NCBI GenBank assembly: GCA_951406725.2
Contig: OX597829.1
Span: forward strand, 27,838,001-27,902,000
Direction: 5' to 3'
Origin: Octopus vulgaris
Lineage: Eukaryota
DNA length: 64,000 bases
Positions 13,020-26,403 of this stretch are shown one piece after another. The notes below the pieces were generated by a model. It saw only the letters and a list, made by a program, of their open reading frames with translations, had not been told where the DNA came from and did not search any database. The number at the start of each line of letters is the position of its first letter. Position 1 is the first letter of the stretch. A program made the position numbers and the translations under genes.

Positions 13020-13288
13020 AAAGAAATTTTAAATTCCCATCCCCCCAAAGTTTTTTTTTTTTTGGCGAAATACGCAGAAAAATACGGAGATTAAGATTCT
13101 AAAAAACAATTCAGAAAAAGCGAAAATTGAAGAATTTGGGGTGGGGCGGGAGGAAATCAAAATTTAAATGCCTTTTTTTTTGGTGGAAAAATCAGAATCT
13201 CCGTACTCGAAAATGGAGTATTCTGTAAAAGAAAAAAATAATAAAAACAAAACGAAAAGGTGTGCAGTCCACATTCTTTACGCCTGCC
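13020..13288. mobile_element. Partial copy of the MITE family at 61858-62247
   Basis: Shared sequence GCGAAATACG..AGAAAAA..CGGAGATTA, AATCAGAATCTCCGT.CTCGAAAATGG and CACATTCTTTACG terminus. Confidence 0.7.
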
Positions 13289-13852
13289 CGAAAACCATAG
13301 CCAATATATTAATTTCAAGACGAAAGTTAGCAAAAACAATATTCTGACTTCTGTGATTTGAACGAGATCTAGCTGCTGTTTCTAGCAGGTAGAGCGACCA
13401 TTTAAAAGTTTACTGGGTTGTTCCGTTGTTTTATTTCATTTGGAGAGGCAAATATGAACGTATTGTAAATTTTATAAAAACGTAATGCTTCAACTAACTG
13501 TTTGCTTGGTTTTAACCTATTAAATTTAAATGAACGGATTGTTAAATGGAAATAAGTTCAGCATCTTCTAAGGTTATATATATAAACACGTGTGTGACCC
13601 TAAACTGAGAGAATCTGCTTCCTCGCTGATTTTTCATTTTATTTTCAGGTTTTAATTTTTTACTTAGACATGCAGTTAACCTAGAATATTTACATTGAGG
13701 GATAGGGGAAAAAAGAATCACATTTACCGAATAATTAATTTAATCTTTTAAAGAGTGAAAAAAAAAGAAGCTAATTTAACAGATAATTATGACTATTCTT
13801 AAAAAAAGAAATGCAAATTAATTTCAAGATTAGAGTCAGTTAAAACCGTTTT

Positions 13853-14457
13853 GGGATCTTTTCCTTTTGAACGGCAGACAATTTCTAGTTAACTAAACAC
13901 TTTAAAACTTCGTATACTGGTAGAATGTGTCAAAACATTTTTTTCACTTGGCTTTCTTGAGAAAATTGTAATTTGTTTGTTTAACGTAGTTTAATTTTTC
14001 GAATTTTAACCAATCCTATGCTCCCTTTTGAGCTAAAATCATTTGCTGCGTCTAAAACTGAGACAACATCCTGTAACTAACCCTAAACCTCCCCCCTAAC
14101 CCTAATTTTTTTTCTTAATTGTTAAATTAATTTAATTGTTACGCGTGTAAAAAAAACTAAAGCAATGGAATTAAATTAATTTAACAATTAAGAAAAAGAA
14201 AAGTTAGGGTTAGTTACAGGATGTTATCTCAGTTTTAGACGCAGCAAATGATTTTAGTTGAATGGAGGTCAGCGATTGGTTAAAATTGCCGAAATGCTCG
14301 GATTTTCAGACGAAATATCTTACAAACTATAGAATTTTCTCAATAAAACCAAGAGAAAATGATGTTTTATAACACATTCTACCAGTATACGAAGTTTAAA
14401 AGTGTTTAGTTAACTAGAAATTGTGTTGACATCTGCCGTTCAAAAGGAAAAGATCCC
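13853..14457. mobile_element. About 600 bp foldback element
   Basis: Arms of about 290 bp: GGGATCTTTTCCTTTTGAACGGCAGA...TCTGCCGTTCAAAAGGAAAAGATCCC, with inner CCCTAA/TTAGGG motifs. Confidence 0.8.
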
Positions 14458-14789
14458 AGTTTTCTAACTTCTTTTACCAAATAACTTGCCAACATACATG
14501 CATACCTTTTACTTGTTTTAAATCATTTTTGACTGCGGCCATGCTGGGGCACCGCCCTGAAGGATTTTAGTCGAACAAATCAACCGGAGAACTTATTTTT
14601 TGAAGTTCAGTACTTACTCCATCGGTCTCTTTTTGGAGAACGGTTGTCAAGCGGTTCTGGAGGCGGGGGGGGGGGGGGACAAACAAGAGACGTACATAGA
14701 TATATACACATATATATATATATATACGACGGGCTTCTTTCAATTTTCGTCTACCAGATTTACTCAGAAGGCTTTAGTCGGCCGGATGC

Positions 14790-14833
<44 letters not shown>

Positions 14834-16434
14834 AACATATACACACAAACACTCACATTCGAGCACGCACGCATAAATATATGTGTGTGTGAGAGACTCT
14901 AAAGCCCGTCAAGGTGAACGTTGCTTTACATTCCGGGCCAATAAGAAAAAAATGCCTGGTGCTCGAAGTGTTGAAAACGTTAAATTTGCCTGTCCTGTAT
15001 AATCACATGTGATACACGAGACATATTTTCCAGGTTTCCGTGCGTCGTATATGATATACATTAACAATTTATCTTTTTAATCAGCAGAGGAACTTGGGAC
15101 TTACGAAAGTAAAGCTTTATATATATATTACTTAGAACATGAAACAAACAGTAACTAAAAGTCTGAAAACATGAATGACATGCAAAGGGTTAAGCATCGC
15201 ATCTAGAAGCAACTATATAAGTCTGTTGTTTTGGAATATTCCGAAAATTTCTCACAGAAGTTTCCATATGTTTGTAATTAGCATGATTATTAATATGCAT
15301 CTTATTTGGTATTTCCTTCATTTAGTAAGGCAGGCATTTGAATGAATGTTAATGGGGATGAAAAGGGCTCTGCAAAAACAAACAAACCCCACAAATTTTA
15401 CTTGGCAAAAATTACAGGAAAATGTTATATTTGTTTAAATAACAAATTATAGCTAAGGCTAAATTAATCAAACAAGTAATTATATGGGAACGGGCTGCGC
15501 TCTAAGAAGATGAGGAGGTTCATTAAAGAAAACTTGCTGAATGCAAGAAGTAGGTAGAGCTGTGCAGAAACCAGTGCTGATAGCATAAGTTACCAGGTTA
15601 AAAACAAGTACTGAGAGTTAATTTGTTCAACTAAAACCCTCCAAGACTATGTCCTTAGCAAGATCGCAATCCAATGACTGAAATAAGTAGCAAAACAAAA
15701 AAAGATATTTAAGTTACTTAAGGCAGTGCCAAAAAAGTCACAATTTTGGTTGGGAAAAAAATACGTGGAAAATGTCATGTTTTATTTAAATCCCATAAAT
15801 TACATTTAAAATATATTATTGACTGAGAATATATGACTTGCACACCATGACAATAATAATGGCATTACATGTATCCGGAAAAAGTAGGGGGGGAAAAAAA
15901 CATTTCATTTAACATCATAAATAAAACAATGAAACAAAAATAATTAAGTCATTTATCAGAGTTTTCCTGTGACGTTTTTCCTAGATTCGACAAATTGAAT
16001 AATACACTAGGAAAATGTTTGAGAGCCCCAAGTTTTGTTTTTAAAAATGATAAAATATTTTAAATAAACAGCAATTATAGAGTTTTTTTGAGTATTGTTA
16101 AGTTTTTTTTTATTTCAGTGATCCACAAATAAAAGTATAATTTGTTGTTCTAAAATGTATATTTTTATAAGGTAGTTTATTGAACAAATGCTCTGTTCAC
16201 TCGCTGCCATGTTTTCAGATCATTATTACAGAAACTGATCAAAAGAATTTCTGCTAATATTGTATTCGTGAATTATGAAATTCGTTAACAAGGAAGCGAA
16301 ACATGTATATTGACTCCACAAGCTTCAAAAACTTACTTGATAACCATATTTGCTCTCTACCAAAATTTACCAAGTTTATATAGAGCTATGAACATCTGGT
16401 TGTTTAATGATGATGATGATAATGGATAATAACC

Positions 16435-16722
16435 GGACAAAATGAGAAGTACAAACAACTAAAAGATAAGTTGTAGGGGCATAGGGAGCATTAACAAGCA
16501 GGTTTGAGGAATTTGTTGGAGAAATTGAAATTGACACGAGGATAGAACATGATTTATTGGCGGTAATGAGGATTTTTAGATTGATACTTGGATGTTAAGT
16601 TTCAGGGAAAGAGACCCTGTAAGATCCTTGACAACAGGCTGTTGTCCGCTCTTACAGAATTAGCCAGAGCAAGTAAAATCAAGCGCTCTGAGAAGTGAAA
16701 TTATAGTAATAATAATAATAAT
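16435..16722 (+). mobile_element. 3' fragment of a Dong/R4-clade non-LTR retrotransposon
   Basis: Translation VVGA*GALTSRFEEFVGEIEIDTRIEH..LL...RIFRLILGC* resembles the R4/Dong RLE C-terminus (VIGALG...KTALLGTARILRKVL). It has a (TAA)n tail and an ATG/TAA-repeat 5' flank. Confidence 0.7.
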
Positions 16723-17449
16723 TAACGCTAATAAGACACGAACTAATGAGATTAGCCTCTAACGTAGCCACTCATTTCGCTAAAAATAACCCTTAAATCT
16801 CTCTCGATATATCTATCCCCTAGTGACTTTAAAAAAAAGTAAGTGAAAAAAGAAGTAACATATTAGCTAATGAAGTTCTTGATAAACTGTTGAGGTCAAA
16901 TACCAGAAAACAATGTAGCGTTGAATGGAACTGCATAAGGTTTATAACTGGGCAAAGTGGCATATTTATACTTTTAAAATTAATTATATCCGTAATAGAG
17001 CTTATCTTTCTCGGGATTTCTCTAGATCCATTAACTAGCGATCATATGATGGAAAAATCTTTAAAATTAAAAACTTATAAAATTATACAATTGACTTTAT
17101 AAGAATTTTAGCATGTAAAATATTAGGTTAAGAAAAAGCCTTGGACAGAAAAAGTCGAAGGCTGTCTGAAGAACACGAACCCACATCTCCTGTATACACG
17201 ACAGGCGTTCAATCATTGGGTAGTCTTCGATTGAATATTTACATGCTATTTATTTGTAACTTCGTGTGCTTCGAAACCCGCTGTTCCAAAAAAAAAAAAT
17301 TATAAAATTATAGTTTACTATCTTTTAAAACTAAATTACTTAAATGGATAAATAATGTGTTAATGACATTAAAGATATAGTCGAATCAATTTATGTAATA
17401 TGTCGAAATGAATAAATATGCAATGTTTCAGTTTCGAAATAATTTTTAC

Positions 17450-17650
17450 AGGATCGTTTGCACACCGGGCATTTCGCCCATCGTTATCGTCTTAGTTCAA
17501 ATTCCGCCGAGGTCGACTTTGCCTTTCATCCTTTCGGGTTGATAAATTAAGTACCAGTGAAACACTGGAGTCGATGTAATCGACTAGTCTCCTCCCCACA
17601 AATTTCAGGCATTGTGCCTTTAGTAGAAAGGATTATTATTGTTATTATTA
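17450..17650 (+). mobile_element. Meta-type SINE (variant tail)
   Basis: TTCAAATTCCGCCGAGGTCGACTTTGCCTTTCATCCTTTCGGG domain followed by an (ATT)n tail. Confidence 0.75.
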
Positions 17651-18574
17651 TCTCTATTTTTCGAAGGTGAAGACAGTAGTTTAATTTTCTCAATATCTAA
17701 ATTGAGTGTTATCATTAATTACCTCTCCGTAATTTGGAATATAACCACTTATAAAATAGAGGCATATTAGTGAGAGAAAAAAGTATTAAATGGAGGTTCC
17801 AGCCATCACATTTCAGTCTTTCATTTTCAAAATTACCCTCCCGCTTTTTTTCCTTTTCAGACAAGGGATAAATAAGGTGGGAATTTTTGCTGCTTTTTTT
17901 AGCAGGTCTAGTAAATGTTATGGCAGTAAAAGCTGTCAGAGATATAGAGATATGATGATAGTCACGGTGTTTTGGGTTGTTTTTTTGTTGTTTTTTTCCA
18001 TAATCTAATTTAACGGGATATCAGAGCTGGCATGGGAAATAAATAACAATTACTATTAAACATTTTCTATTTAACATTAGTTTACGGAAGTTCACGATCA
18101 TGTATCTCACTTTGATGAAGCATTGATCATGATTGTCCAAGACCGGATCACTTCAAATATTTTAAACACAACTACCCTACTATAAAATAACCCATCAGAA
18201 TGAATTAAACAGCTACCGCAAATTAATTAAATAATTCACTCTCGTCGGTGGATTTGTTTCTTTCATTGTCGTAAAGAAGAGTATATATTTTTGTCTGAAA
18301 AGACTTCAAATGACAACCGCAACACACAGACACAATATCGGGAGAAAATTAATAGCCACTGAACCTGCTAGAAATAGCAGCAAAATGCTAAAGGTATTGA
18401 TTTGATAACGGCGGCTTGAGGTACACTCTTCAGAAAAAGAAAGACAGTCTGAGACTGCATTAATCATAGATCTGCTTCATCAGAGATGACTGAGCTAAAC
18501 AACATCAATTAAAAATATTACATTTAAAATAAATAAGTATATTTTTGATTTGGCTAGCTTAATTTTCTCTTTTC

Positions 18575-18995
18575 GGCTATCTTTCGTCTCTAGTAGACCT
18601 TTCCGTCGATTTCCGTAAAATTTTTTTTTTTTTACATATGGGCTTGCGGGAACTTTTGAAGTAATATACATACATATACACATACACCGAGTAAAAAATT
18701 TCAGTTATCTCTCTCTTTCACACATTACTCTGTCTCTTCACACATACTAACAGAAGCACTTCACTTACACAACATACTGTCTGTCTCCCACACCCCATCA
18801 AACACACACACACACACATGTCCATCAATGCTCCCATGCACTGTACCTTCAAAAGAACTTCCCTCGTCATACAATCGCTTTCTCTTAGTCTCTTTCGCTC
18901 TCATTACTTCAACAGTTCCCGCAAGCCCATATGTAAAAAAAAAAAAATTTTTTACGGAAATCGACGGAAAGGTCTACTAGAGACGAAAGATTGCC
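18575..18995 (+). mobile_element. Merlin-type MITE with a perfect 8 bp TSD
   Basis: About 90 bp TIRs starting GGC; TSD CTCTTTTC at 18567-18574 and 18996-19003. A near-identical inverted copy lies at 58718-59146. Confidence 0.9.
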
Positions 18996-19459
18996 CTCTT
19001 TTCAATCTCGTATGATTTTTCTTTTTACATTATTCAAAACCTTTTTTCACTGAAATATTTCTATCTTATGAGTTATATATTACTGCAGTTTATAACACAG
19101 GTTTTCTCTTCTTAATCAAACAACAACAACAAAAAGACGAGCACCCAGAAAGCGCAAACCTCCGCCAAGGTAACACCAACGTCCTCGATTTTTTTTATTG
19201 CCCACGAGGGGCTAAATATAGAGGTTACACATTACAAAGACGATATAAAACATATAATCGGGGAAATAAAAATACAAAATACATCGAGCGAGGAAGAAAA
19301 AATAAAAAGAAACGAATGAAATTATGAAAATGATAAAAATGAGGCGCAATGCCCACTCGACCTCCCGAAGTCGAGTGGTTACATTTAGACATTATTCTGA
19401 AGTTTTTCCTCTTTTTACCCTCTTTTTTTTAAACAAAAAGCTCACATAAAACAGTTCTA

Positions 19460-19620
19460 TATTTAAGAGATGAGGAATTATGTACATTATTTTACATTAT
19501 TTACATTTGATGGATATTTGTCCTCATCTTGTTTGTTGTTAACACAGCATTTCGGCTGATATACCCTCCAACCGTCATCGGGTGCCTTGGGGAAATTTCG
19601 AACTTGGGTTCTCATTCTTA
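19460..19620 (-). mobile_element. Penelope-like LTR remnant with a mutated minimal hammerhead
   Basis: Minus strand 19586-19541 reads GCAC-CCGATGA-C-GGTTG-GAGGGTATAT-CAGCC-GAAA-TGC-TGTG; the core has CCGATGA instead of CTGATGA. Confidence 0.5.
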
Positions 19621-19899
19621 TGTTTTGATATTTTTAGAATATTTTTGTGAATTCGTGGATTTTGTGGTTTTTGTCACTGTTTACAATTATCTTTATAAAA
19701 AAATTTTTAATGTATCATATAGATGAAATTTTTGATGCTGAATCCGAATTCGTGATTCATTTATTCCAGAAAAATTTCGCAAAAATGTTACATGTGTTCA
19801 AAGTTAGATAATTTTCGGCCAATCAAAAAACAGCGCGTTCGATGCCTCTTCCCCTTATCTTGATCGATCTCTGTCTTGTGGCTAATGAAAATATTACCC

Positions 19900-20900
19900 C
19901 AATTTGTTTTCACCGAGGCCTAAGCCCAAAGAGAAATAGTAATGTCTTCAAGTAAATACTTAAGCGGATATCAGAAATGCCAACTCAAGTAAATACTTAA
20001 GCGGATATCAGAAAAGCAATCTAAGGAAATTTCTAAATGTCAAAAACTATCAAACTATTTTACAGTGTCAAGTAAAAGTTTGTCATGAAACAAGCTGTGC
20101 TAGCACCAGTGAAGTTAATGATAGTGCATAAAGCATGAGTGCTCTGTTTAGCTATATTCAACTTGCTGTTGACACATTTGGTGCAGATGATGAACACAGT
20201 GGTCAAGAAAAGAGAGGGCAGAAACAGGAAGCAAATTTTTTGATTTCGAAGAATAGACCTGGTAAACTGGCCCATAACAATTGATAATGATTTCATACAA
20301 AACTGTTTAATGCAAGACATCAATTTTTTTCAAAATAAAAAAAACAGATGATATACTGACTTCAACAAGATTTACAAACAGAAAAATCTAAGTTTCTCAA
20401 ACAAGTACCTTGAAAAAAAGATTGAAAAATGGTCAGACTGTGATGAGAGCCTGGTTAGTTTACTCAAAGAGCAAAGGCTGTAGATACTGTTTCGTTTGCA
20501 AGTTTTTTTCTAAGTTCCAAATATCACTCACAACGGATGGGTTTTCTAATTGGATGAAAATAATCAGAACTCTAGAAAATCATGAAGACAGCATGGAACA
20601 AAAAAGGGCAATGTTGAGCTGGCTAAAACAAAAACCAAACAAAAACACTGTGGATCAGCAACATGAGGAGCAATTGAGAAAAAACATGCAGTACTGTTTT
20701 GAAGTTCTCAAAAGAGTTGTTGCAGTTATAAAGTCTTTAAGTGAAAGAGGTTTAGCATTTAAAGATCATGAAGAAAAATGATGCTCCCCAAACAATGGAA
20801 ATCTGTGTCTGAAGAATTGATAGAAATCACGGGAAAACATGTGAAAGATGAAGTGCTGAATCAGATCAACAACCTGGACACCAAATACTACTCAACTGCA
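19900..20900 (+). pseudogene. Degenerate hAT transposase (ZMYM1-like, TTF zinc finger/DUF4371 type)
   Basis: ORF 20410-20781 reads RAWLVYSKSKGCRYCFVCKFF..DGFSNW..LENHEDS...VLKRVVAVIKSLSERGLAF, continuing EELIEITGKHVKDEVLNQI...KYYS. Stops and deletions are present. Confidence 0.85.
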
Positions 20901-21974
20901 TATGGTACACTGGTGAACAGGCGGAATATGTATGTATGTGTGTGTGTGTGTATGCATACAAGAGCGGTGAACAAGTGACTTTGAAGTTTCATTTTGGCTT
21001 TATATAGTCTGGGGGTTTTTTTCTGAGTTCACTGAAAACTAGCAGGCCAAAGCTTTGAAGTCACTGTCAGCATCGTTCTTGTAAAATTATATAAATATGT
21101 ACTTTACATATATAATATTGAGTAATCCTGTACTTTAATGTAAAATTGTTTTTATAACTCGACATTAAGGCAGTGAGTTGGCAGAATTGTTATCATGCCA
21201 GGTGAAATGCTTATTGGCATTTCTTCCATACTGAGTTCTAATTCTGCCAAGGTCAACTTTGCTTTTCATCTTTTCAGCGTTGATAAAATAAGTACCAGTT
21301 GAGCACTGGGGCTGATGTAATCGACTTACGCTCCTCAGAAACTGCTGGCCTTGTGCTAAAATTTGAAACCATTATAACTCGACATAAAAACAAACACACA
21401 CATATTGCAAAGCAAGCTTCTCAATTACACAGCTATTATTGCGTAGAAATTTCAATAATATTGAACACTGACAAATGAATAAGATTCCGTGGTATTCCAT
21501 TATCGAGAAAATTCAAGCCTTCTACCAATATTTGAAATAAATATTACATTCACATCACTGAAGAGTGTGTCTTTCGATTCACTTCTATCATATTCCTAAC
21601 AAAAAAAAAATTAATACTCCTCTCCAGGGGGGGCCTTTATTGTAATTTAGTTTGGTTTAACATTACTGTTATTTATTCGCAGAGCAAGCTCGATAAAATA
21701 AAGTTCGATAGAATAAGTACTAGGCTTACAAAGAATAAGTCCTGAAGTCGACTTGCTCGACTAAAAGGCGGTGCTCCAGCATGGCCACAGTCAAATGACT
21801 GAAACAACTGAAAGAGTAAAGGAGTAAAAAAAGAGAGGATGTTGTTAGGTGATATCATCGACTATATCCCTCTCCTCAAATTTTCTGGCCTTGTAACTTC
21901 AATTAGAAATAATTATTTTTAGTATTAATATTACCATATTTTTCTGACAAGACACATCAAGTTAAGTGATGTCG

Positions 21975-22172
21975 TAGTCATGGCCAATGTTGGTGACACA
22001 TAAAAGGCACCCAATACACTCTATCAAGTGGGTTTGGCGTTAGGAAAGGCATCCAGCCGTAGAAACAAAGTGAAAACACACTGGAGCCTGGTACAGCTTT
22101 CCTGCTTACCAGTTCCAGTCGAACCGTCTAACCCGTGCCAGCATGGGAAAAGAGCGTTAAATGATGATGATG
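21975..22172 (+). mobile_element. RTE-tailed SINE fragment with (GAT)n tail
   Basis: GGCGTTAGGAAAGGCATCCAGCCGTAGAAAC...CCAGCATGG..AAA..GCGTTAAATGATGATGAT. Relatives lie at 37195-37505, 50898-51207, 56900-57150 and 58016-58150. Confidence 0.7.
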
Positions 22173-23116
22173 AGCCTTTGGATTCACTTGAACTACTTCC
22201 TGACAATAACATCTGTTAATTCCTCTCCGGGGAGTCGTATAAGTGTGTTAGGTCGCGCAGAGAGAGAAAAATTATTTTAAAGATTTTTAATGCTAGTATA
22301 TAGAGAGAAGAAACAGCTAACAAGAGGTGTCAACAACTGTCTCTAGCATCTAGAGAGTACTTAAGCAAGCTGAGATAACTCTTATTCGAAGTATTAGATT
22401 TCTTACAGAATTATGTCAAGTGATTAAGGTCACGTCTTAGTTTTTGAAGTTACGAAGAATTAATGTAGATAACAGCTATGAAAGGCCTCGCCAAATATTG
22501 TTTTTATTCACTTTCAGCTCTATTCCTTTAATCGCCTTAGCTGCCCGTATCCCTGCTTTTGTGTGCGTGTGTGTGTATGAGAGAGAGAGAGAGAGAGGGA
22601 ATTCATGCACTCTCGGACCACATAACTAATTTAGCATTTCAGAGAGAATGAGTCTGTCAATTTAGGTGAGAAATCGACGAGCAAGAAGATATAAGTACGA
22701 GGGAACCAAATATACCTCAAATCAAACACTACTGTCTTAAAAGAAGTTAAAACGAACATGGATAATGTAATCCTGGCTGCACATTACCTATGAAAAAGAA
22801 AGGTGGTATGGACATGGCTGGAACTGTTTCTATCATAAACAATTAGCGGGGGAAAAACTTGTTGCTTAGTTTAAATTTTAAACATTATTCTATGAATGAT
22901 GTCTAGTCACAACTTGGCTTCCAGTGTCTTAAGTTTATTGACGCCTCAGAGTCAGAAATGTGGAACTGGCACGACTCTTGTTCTGCGAGACTGAAACAGC
23001 ACACATCTAATTCTATAGCTCTTTTTATTTATTATTATTATTATTATACACACACACACAAATGTATATAAATATGTGTGTGTGTGTATGTATATATATA
23101 TATATATATATATAAG

Positions 23117-23570
23117 CATTATTATTTCTAAATCTCTCAAAGAGAGTTATTCAGTAACAGTTCTTTAAAGTAAAGACTATTTGCCAACATAAATGTGGCT
23201 GTCCTGGAAGGGTACGATTGTTACTGTTGTTTAGCCCCAGAAGACATAGTTTCCAGCTGGCTATACAACACAATATCTGTGTCCTTATATTTTCGAATAG
23301 GTAGTCCAGTACCTCCATCCAGCAAAAAGCAACATGTGAACTGGTTTCTGGGTTATTGCTCTTTATCAACACAGATTAGCTGTTTGGCTAATTCCCGTTT
23401 GAAAATATATAGTTTTCAAAATGACACACAATTACTGATCTAATAAATAGAAACATTATTATTTCTAAATCTCTCAAAGAGAGATACTCAGTAACAATTC
23501 TTTAAAGTAAAGACTATTTGCCAACATAATGTGACTGTCCTGGAAGGGACGATTGTTATTATTGTTTAGT
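23117..23570. repeat. About 120 bp direct repeat, two copies about 340 bp apart
   Basis: CATTATTATTTCTAAATCTCTCAAAGAGAG...GTCCTGGAAGGG occurs at 23117 and ~23454. Confidence 0.85.
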
Positions 23571-23959
23571 TTGGCTATATATATATATATATATATCGCA
23601 CACCATCACTTGTAGACACGATCGCCGATTCACAAGCACTCGTAGACGGACTTGCAGATTTCTTTTTTAAAAACAAATCTAGAGTTGTTTGCTTAGAAGA
23701 AGCATTTTTTGGTTTTCCATAAATTTCTCGATAACACGCAGAAGCATTTGTTATGGTAGTAGAAACTTTTGCAGTTCGTTCAAAATTCAGATATTGTGCT
23801 TGAAAATTTTCAGCTCACCATACAAATGCGAGCTGGAAATGAAACTCGTAAACCTGGTGTCTCGTATAGCGGGTCCTCGTAAAGTGAGATATTATTCTCT
23901 GTGTGTGTGTGTACACATGTACGCCCACGCCCACAAATCCATACATATATATCTTGAGA

Positions 23960-24930
23960 TTACTTCCCTTCCTCAAGTGGAACTCGTTTTAATTGCCACT
24001 TGGTAATTATGATGCGTTATTTAGAGAAAGAGAAAATCTTAAATTAAGAATTTATATTTTAAGGTGTTTGGTATACTTGAATTTGTGCAGATTGTTTAAA
24101 TACATGCTAGTAGCCACTCTTAGTTATTTCTCTTAGCTAATTTTTGTTTAAATAATACAAATTACCTTGGTTATAAATATGTTCTTTTTTTCTTTTTTGG
24201 ATAAGTCTGTGTATCTTCACTACTGTGATGAGGTCAGGCAATTATTGTGCAGATGATAGCTACAGAACCACGACTACTTTGTTATCTCCAGGCAATTAGC
24301 ATGTCCTTTTCCCTAATGGCAGGTTAACTTAGGAGAATTTTTGAATCTTGATATCATAGTCCCTCCTCAAGTGGGGCTGGTCATAATTGCCGTTTGGTAA
24401 TTATGATGCATCATCGAAAGGCATAGATAATTGTATTAAATCAAGAACTTATGTTGCAAGATATTTGATATCCCTGTATTCGTCTATATTTCTCTTCTTT
24501 TTCTTTCTATATACACATATGTGTGCTGTGGGTGCCACGGATCTGCTATCACAATGGCAACGAAGTATATATACAACTAACTACACAATCATCCAGTGTT
24601 ATTCCCGAATTATTTCCAACGGTGTTTAACGTTATTTAATCATTCATATTTCCCTAAAATTCCATAGATCTAGCAGGAACGTGAATAACCATGCTTCTCT
24701 GATGAGGTCTAATGATATTGAAATATGTCCACAGTAGTCACCCCTGTTGTATATAATATAGTATATTATTCTGCCTTACAGCTCTACATATTTCCTATAT
24801 TAACCAGTATCTCTGGTGTGGCAAATCATTTCTGAAAATGTTTACTAGTTTTTGCTTATATATTTTGGGTTATCTCCCTTAACTATGTTAGCTTCAATTG
24901 ACCGATGTCCAACAGTGCTGCTTTATCTCG
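23960..24930 (+). mobile_element. Two diverged tandem Penelope-like LTR units with hammerhead remnants
   Basis: CCTCAAGTGG...TAATTGCC..TTGGTAATTATGATGC at ~23970 and ~24365. Each is followed by a (C/G)TGATGAGGTC core (24226, 24699); the second continues to GAAATATGTC. Confidence 0.45.
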
Positions 24931-25617
24931 ATTCAAGCAGACTTCATTAAAATTGTCATGTTCACTGGTTAAGAAGCTCTCTTTGTAATCATTTGGTCTC
25001 AGGTTCAGTTCCCACTGTGTTGCACCTTGGGCAAGTGTCTTCAACTATACCCCAAGCCGACCAACATCTTGTGAGTGAATTAGGTTGGCAGAAACTTTGT
25101 GGAAAGACAAGGCACATATATATATAGATGTCTTTGAGTTTGTTTCCTCAGCCTCATCGCCTGACAACCAGTGTTGGTTCATTTACTTCCCCGTAATTTA
25201 GCGGTTCGTCGAAAAAGTAAGAAGAGAATAAGTGTTACACTATAAAATTAATGGGGCGACTTATTAGACCACACCCTTCAAAGTGGTGCCCCAGCATGGC
25301 CGCAATCCCATGACTGAACCAAAAGACGGAAAGCATGTCAACATTTATTCCACTTATACACTGCTATCGTTACTTCTATCACCATCATCAGCACCGTGGT
25401 TGATGTCGTATCCGGTCAGTCCTAGGTTTAAAGGCCGTTCCACTTGTAACCATTTCATTTTTTTCCTTCCTTTCATTTCTTTTTTCGGTATAGTAACATT
25501 TACACTACGTTATGCGGTGTGTCCTTTTTTTTCTTTTAAAGAGAATTACCTGTAATCTGATGAAAATTTGATTGCTATTTTTTAGGAGATTCAAGGACTG
25601 CATACAGACAGACAGCC

Positions 25618-25618
<1 letters not shown>

Positions 25619-25697
<79 letters not shown>

Positions 25698-25731
25698 CGT
25701 GCGTGTGTGTGTGTGTGTTTGCGTGCGTGTG
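25619..25731. repeat. (GT)n/(GC)n microsatellite
   Basis: Directly visible alternating purine-pyrimidine tract. Confidence 0.95.
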
Positions 25732-26008
25732 TAAAATCGAGAAATCCTATGGGATGTTAATGTCATCTCAAATGATATAACATAATATGGCAACCATTTT
25801 AAAAAGAAAATATCTATCTTCATCGATTGTATAAGGGATAATCATCTTTTAGGATCTTTTATTGTCTAAATCATCTTTATACAACATCAAAAAGCTTGCT
25901 TATTCACCATCGCCAATTGTATTGTCATATATAGAATGCGTGTACGTGTATGTGCATGCATATTATAGCATGTTTAATATACATAGACACATACACGTAC
26001 AATAATGC

Positions 26009-26068
<60 letters not shown>

Positions 26069-26362
26069 TAGTATAAAATAATAATAATGGAGTGAAGGTC
26101 AAATATATATACTATGTATTTCATACGTGCGCTTATGTATAATGAGATATATGAGGCCTTACATCATGCATACATATAAATATGTGTTTATCGGTGATGA
26201 TTTGTCTCTTTGTGTTAAAAAATCGTAACCTATCTACTGGTTCAGTTCCTCAGAGATCGATAAAAAAAAGTACCTGGCTGAAATAATTACTACAATCGAT
26301 ATAATTGATTGAAGTATGCCCTGGTACGACCGAAGTGGAACGATTGAAAATGACTTAGTAGA

Positions 26363-26403
<41 letters not shown>

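Noticed and set aside
13630-13656. Other AG|GT junctions (13648, 16170, 44798, 47219, 50549) as recursive sites
   Set aside because: The donor halves (GTTTTA, GTAGTT, GTCATG, GTCCAG, GTTATT) are weak and expected by chance.
17150-17240. tRNA-like sequence on the minus strand (also ~31520-31590 and all SINE heads)
   Set aside because: Only A/B-box remnants are present, with no intact cloverleaf; it is repeat-derived.
18129-18150. TGATTGTCCAA resembling the miR-219 seed region
   Set aside because: The match stops after 11 nt and there is no precursor hairpin.
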